Origin: Spirochaetales bacterium
GTDB lineage: Bacteria; Spirochaetota; Spirochaetia; UBA9216
Reading direction: 5' to 3'
Length of the DNA stretch: 63,745 bases
Assembly: GCA_003245835.1 (NCBI GenBank)
Contig: QKCC01000046.1
Location: 1-63,745, forward strand
Each line of letters begins with the position of its first letter. Position 1 is the stretch's first letter. The notes under the pieces are model-generated. The model ran no database searches. It was not told where the DNA came from and saw only the letters and a list, made by a program, of their open reading frames with translations. The translations under genes and the position numbers were made by a program. Positions 60,235 to 63,745 of this stretch are shown piece by piece.

Positions 60235-60948
60235 CTATGCTCCCAGGTATGCTTCGCGGACAGATTCATCGTTCAGAAGTTCATCTGAAGTTCCGCTTTT
60301 AATAATTTTGCCGGTCTCAAGGACATACCCCCGGTGGGCAATTTTGAGAGCCTTATATACATTCTGCTCTGAAAGCAGAATCGAATATCCTTCTTTATTA
60401 AGGTTAACCAATATTTCAAAAATATCGTTAACAATAATTGGCGCAAGACCAATTGACGGTTCATCGACCATAATCATATCCGGTGCAGACATAAGCGCCC
60501 TTGCGATTGCAAGCATCTGCCGCTCGCCGCCGCTCAGTGTTCCGGCAATCTGCGTCCTTCGTTCTCCGAGGACAGGGAAAGAGTCGAATACAAGCTCCAG
60601 CTTGCTCGCTGAATCTTTAAGATTGTGATGAGCACCGAGAAGCAGGTTGTCCATTACCGTCATCGACGAAAATACTCCTCGCCCCTCAGGAACGAGGTAC
60701 ATGCCGTTGCGAACATTCCTGTCAACAGGATTTCCTGATGTCAGCTTGTCCTTGAACCGGATTTCACCTCCGGACGGAACATTAGCCCCGAGAACAGTTT
60801 CCATTATGGTTGTCTTTCCGGCTCCGTTGGCTCCGACCAGAACAACTATTTCACCCTGCCCGACATCAAGACTAACACCCTTCAAAGCATTTACGTGACC
60901 GTAATTTACTTTCAGATCTTTAATACTCAGTATATTATTCCGTTCCAA
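60235..60948 (-). CDS. LivF-like ABC ATPase
   Basis: GANGAGKTT, VPEGRGVF, LSGGERQML, DEPS; TTG start at 60948 with GGAGG SD. Confidence 0.9.
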   Translation of the reverse strand: MERNNILSIKDLKVNYGHVNALKGVSLDVGQGEIVVLVGANGAGKTTIMETVLGANVPSGGEIRFKDKLTSGNPVDRNVRNGMYLVPEGRGVFSSMTVMDNLLLGAHHNLKDSASKLELVFDSFPVLGERRTQIAGTLSGGERQMLAIARALMSAPDMIMVDEPSIGLAPIIVNDIFEILVNLNKEGYSILLSEQNVYKALKIAHRGYVLETGKIIKSGTSDELLNDESVREAYLGA

Positions 60949-61690
60949 GGTATGCCTCCAGTACTCTCGGATCCTTCTGAACTTCTGCAGGCGTACCTTC
61001 AAAAATATTATCGCCGAAATTCAGCACCGTTACCATCTCGGCTACATTCATAAGCATTTTCATATCATGACTTACCACGACCGGAGAAATACCCATACTT
61101 TTAATCTTCTTGATCAGCTCACCTACCTGATCCGTCTCAATAGGTCCCATTCCTGACGCAGGCTCATCAAGCAGAAGCATCTTGGGTTTAGAAACGACCG
61201 CCCTTGCAATCTGAACGAACTGCCGCTCAGCCCATACAAGATCGTACGCCCACCTGTCGGCTGATTTCTCGAGGTCAAGAAGCTCGAGGATCTCCATAGC
61301 TTTATCCTTAAGAACGGACTCTTTTTTTGATTCTTTCAGCGGAACTCTGAAAAATGTATCCGCTATATCATTACGTCCATAATCAAAAATTCCGCTCATA
61401 ACGTTCTCTACAACAGTAAGTGAAGGCACAAGCTTCCCTTGCTGAAAAGTCCTGCGGATTCCGAGATTTGATATCTCATGAGCTTTTTTCCCGGTTATTT
61501 CAACGTCATCCAGGTAAATATTACCCGAAGTTACCTCGAGCAGTCCTGTAATACAGTTGAACATAGTTGTCTTGCCGGAACCGTTTGGTCCTATTATTCC
61601 ATGAACCCGGCCGTCGGCTATGTCGAAGCTGACATTCTTCAGCGCTTTTAGTCCGCCGAAATGTTTACTGACACCTTTTATTGAAAGCAT
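60935..61690 (-). CDS. LivG-like ABC ATPase
   Basis: FGGLKAL, GPNGSGKTT, RTFQ, LLLDEPASG, HDM, VLEAYLG. Confidence 0.9.
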   Translation of the reverse strand: MLSIKGVSKHFGGLKALKNVSFDIADGRVHGIIGPNGSGKTTMFNCITGLLEVTSGNIYLDDVEITGKKAHEISNLGIRRTFQQGKLVPSLTVVENVMSGIFDYGRNDIADTFFRVPLKESKKESVLKDKAMEILELLDLEKSADRWAYDLVWAERQFVQIARAVVSKPKMLLLDEPASGMGPIETDQVGELIKKIKSMGISPVVVSHDMKMLMNVAEMVTVLNFGDNIFEGTPAEVQKDPRVLEAYLGTE

Positions 61691-61715
61691 TCTATATCCT
61701 TTGGATTATCTGTTT

Positions 61716-61804
61716 TCCTTCATTTAATAATTGGATATGATTGTAAAATGAAGGATAACTAAAGTCAATAAAAAGTACAAATTATAATATGATTGTATTA
61801 CAAT
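61716..61804. promoter_or_regulatory. Divergent control region of the ABC operon and ptb
   Basis: Minus-strand TTGACT-17nt-TACAAT (61768-61740); inverted repeat TCCTTCATTT/AAATGAAGGA; palindrome ATTGTA-T-TACAAT (61792-61804). Confidence 0.55.
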
Positions 61805-61848
61805 ACTATCAGTAATTGTGATTCGGAGAATTTTACAGGAGTTTTTAT

Positions 61849-62745
61849 ATGATTAGCGATTTCAAGGAACTTGAAAAACTGGCGGTTACGAATGTATCCA
61901 AAAAGGTAGTACTGGCTATGGCAGAAGAAGCTGACGCACTTGATGCTGTTGCAAAGGCATCAGCGGCAGGTATTATAAACCCGGTGCTTGTTGGGAATAT
62001 TGATGCAATAAAAAGGACTGCAGATGAAATCGGTGTCGACATCACTGATTTCGAACTTGTACCGGCTGAAGGTGAATATGAATGTGCCGCAAAGGCGGTT
62101 GCCCTTATCAGGGACGGCAGCGGAGACTGCCTGATGAAAGGAAAGACAGCTACATCCACCATTATGAAAGCCGTTCTTGATAAAGAGACAGGCCTAAGAG
62201 GTTCCGGAGTTCTATCGCACATTGCAGTCATTAATCCTCCCACCTATCACAAACTTTTAATTACAACCGACTCGGCGCTTAACATCGCGCCCGAACTCAA
62301 AGACAAGATTGCAATAATCGAGAATGCTCTTACGGTTGCCAGAAAATTAGGTATTGAAACTCCTAAGGTTGCAGTAGTCGGGGCTGTCGAAAAAGTAAAC
62401 ACGGCAATGCCTGCGACCCTCGATGCGGCAATCCTGTCAAAAATGTCGGACAGGCACCAGATTAAAAACTGCATAATTGACGGTCCATTCGCTCTTGACA
62501 ATGCAATTTCTCAAAAAAGTTGTGAAATTAAGGGGATCGAATCCGAAGTCGGAGGCGATGCCGACATCATCCTGTTCCCGGATATCGAAGCGGCAAATGT
62601 ATTCTATAAATCGCTTGCCTACCTGACCGACTACCCGATGGCAGGCCTGATAGCCGGCGCTTCCGTACCTATAATCCTGACTTCACGCAGCGATACGGAT
62701 ATGATTAAGTACTACTCAATACTGGCGGCGGTATCGCTGGTTTAG
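61849..62745 (+). CDS. ptb: Phosphate butyryltransferase (branched-chain phosphotransacylase family)
   Basis: LMKGK..T, LSH, TDSALNIAP, IDGPFALDNA, PDIEAAN..YK, ILTSRSD. Confidence 0.88.
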   Translation: MISDFKELEKLAVTNVSKKVVLAMAEEADALDAVAKASAAGIINPVLVGNIDAIKRTADEIGVDITDFELVPAEGEYECAAKAVALIRDGSGDCLMKGKTATSTIMKAVLDKETGLRGSGVLSHIAVINPPTYHKLLITTDSALNIAPELKDKIAIIENALTVARKLGIETPKVAVVGAVEKVNTAMPATLDAAILSKMSDRHQIKNCIIDGPFALDNAISQKSCEIKGIESEVGGDADIILFPDIEAANVFYKSLAYLTDYPMAGLIAGASVPIILTSRSDTDMIKYYSILAAVSLV

Positions 62746-62788
62746 GAGCCGCTGAATCGTTGAATGCAGGTTCAGATAGGCGGTCTAT

Positions 62789-62814
62789 AAAAAAGCCTGC
62801 TTCCGCAGGCTTTT
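62789..62814. terminator. Bidirectional intrinsic terminator
   Basis: AAAAAAGCCTGC-TTCC-GCAGGCTTTT. Confidence 0.85.
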
Positions 62815-62823
62815 CTGATTTTA

Positions 62824-63744
62824 TTAATCCTTGTAGTAAGTTACCGTAAGATTTGGCGCAGTTCCGCCATAAAAATCCAATAAGTAATCAAACGTAGCTG
62901 CAGAATCATTGAATGGATACAACCTTAAACCATAATTTCCATAAGCACCGCTAGCCCATAAGCTGACAATTTGTGTAACATCCTGAACGAACTCTGTCTG
63001 GGTAGATGACGGCGGGTATGTCACAATACTGTAGTTCGAATTAATAGCTCCGGCGGCACTGACATTGTCCCATGTTTCACCGCTCCACGCATAAATCATC
63101 ATTTGTATTTCCATATGACCCATTGTAGCGTCAACTGTATCTGTAGTCGTCAATGTTAATGATGCAGATGTTACTTTAAAATCAGATGAACTGATATCAT
63201 TCAGATTAAATGTTATAAAACCTATAGCCTGAAGAATGCTGGCCATATCTTCAGATACTACGATAGGATCTGACTGAGTACCGGAAGGATTGAAAATACT
63301 TCCTGATTCAGATGCGGACAGGGTGACTGTATCAGTTACAATCAAGGAAGTACTTACCGGTCCCACAAAGTAATAATTCTCCGAGTTATAAAGCGCCCCG
63401 TCTGTTGCTTCATAGTACAGCTGCTCATCTGAACTTAGATCCGTCCACTTCGGGCCGTATGAAAAAATCGAATAATAGACACGGTAGCCTCTCGGGTAAC
63501 CATCTGCGTCGACACTGCCGTCATCAGAAGAAACGCTGCCCTGTGCCAGGGTTACGACGTCACCGTCCCATACCGAAACCGGAGCTGAACCGGCCTTCCT
63601 GACCAGAACATAGCCCTCCAGACTGCCGTCACCGCCGTCACCGTCAGCCCATGCAAGCTGCACAATCCGGTTCGACGGATTATCCTCATTCAGCGTTGCA
63701 GTAAAATCAACTGCAGCGGGTATCGGGTTTTCCGTATCGTTTGG
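62824..63744 (-). CDS. Extracellular/surface protein with an FN3-like segment and a DNRLRE-like C-terminal domain, 5' partial
   Basis: Frame is open to the window end (PNDTENPIP...). Ser/Thr/Asp-rich; ITFNL..VTSASLTL..TW..DVTQIV..W..NYGLRL..PNLTVTY pattern. Confidence 0.65.
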   Translation of the reverse strand, partial: PNDTENPIPAAVDFTATLNEDNPSNRIVQLAWADGDGGDGSLEGYVLVRKAGSAPVSVWDGDVVTLAQGSVSSDDGSVDADGYPRGYRVYYSIFSYGPKWTDLSSDEQLYYEATDGALYNSENYYFVGPVSTSLIVTDTVTLSASESGSIFNPSGTQSDPIVVSEDMASILQAIGFITFNLNDISSSDFKVTSASLTLTTTDTVDATMGHMEIQMMIYAWSGETWDNVSAAGAINSNYSIVTYPPSSTQTEFVQDVTQIVSLWASGAYGNYGLRLYPFNDSAATFDYLLDFYGGTAPNLTVTYYKD

Positions 63745-63745
63745 A

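Overview
A 63.7 kb chromosomal window of metabolic genes from an anaerobic bacterium, most likely a free-living spirochaete. This is inferred from the FAGGxQE-type binding-protein leader, a P13-porin-like domain and an ODP plus soluble chemoreceptor pair. I found no rRNA, tRNA, CRISPR array or mobile element. Gene content in order: ODP/soluble MCP; a Pta-domain/butyrate kinase fusion behind a Cache-PAS kinase with a degenerate ATP domain; a flavoprotein and a FlhG-like ATPase; a six-gene glycogen operon; lipBA with a split permease; hydA and a large anaerobic purine/urate degradation cluster (two Xdh-family complexes, SsnA, YgeY, YgeW, deaminase, PduL); gdhA with a REC/PEP-synthase-like neighbour; two ureido-acid hydrolases; fhs; a 7TM MCP; panB-folD divergent from an AckA-like kinase, DmpA-family hydrolase and panE; a LIV-type ABC transporter; ptb; and a partial surface protein. 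Best candidates for undescribed biology: (1) a panC-less panB/panE/folD/fhs/amidase/kinase/transporter locus that may ferment or salvage pantothenate/pantetheine by reversing biosynthesis; (2) a glycogen operon encoding a eukaryote-type debranching enzyme split into two genes; (3) a purine catabolic cluster in which YgfK and DpaL appear replaced by non-orthologues; (4) a shared LacI-type operator at four promoters; (5) repeated leaderless-mRNA promoter geometry. All functional calls come from reading motifs by eye; no database searches were run.
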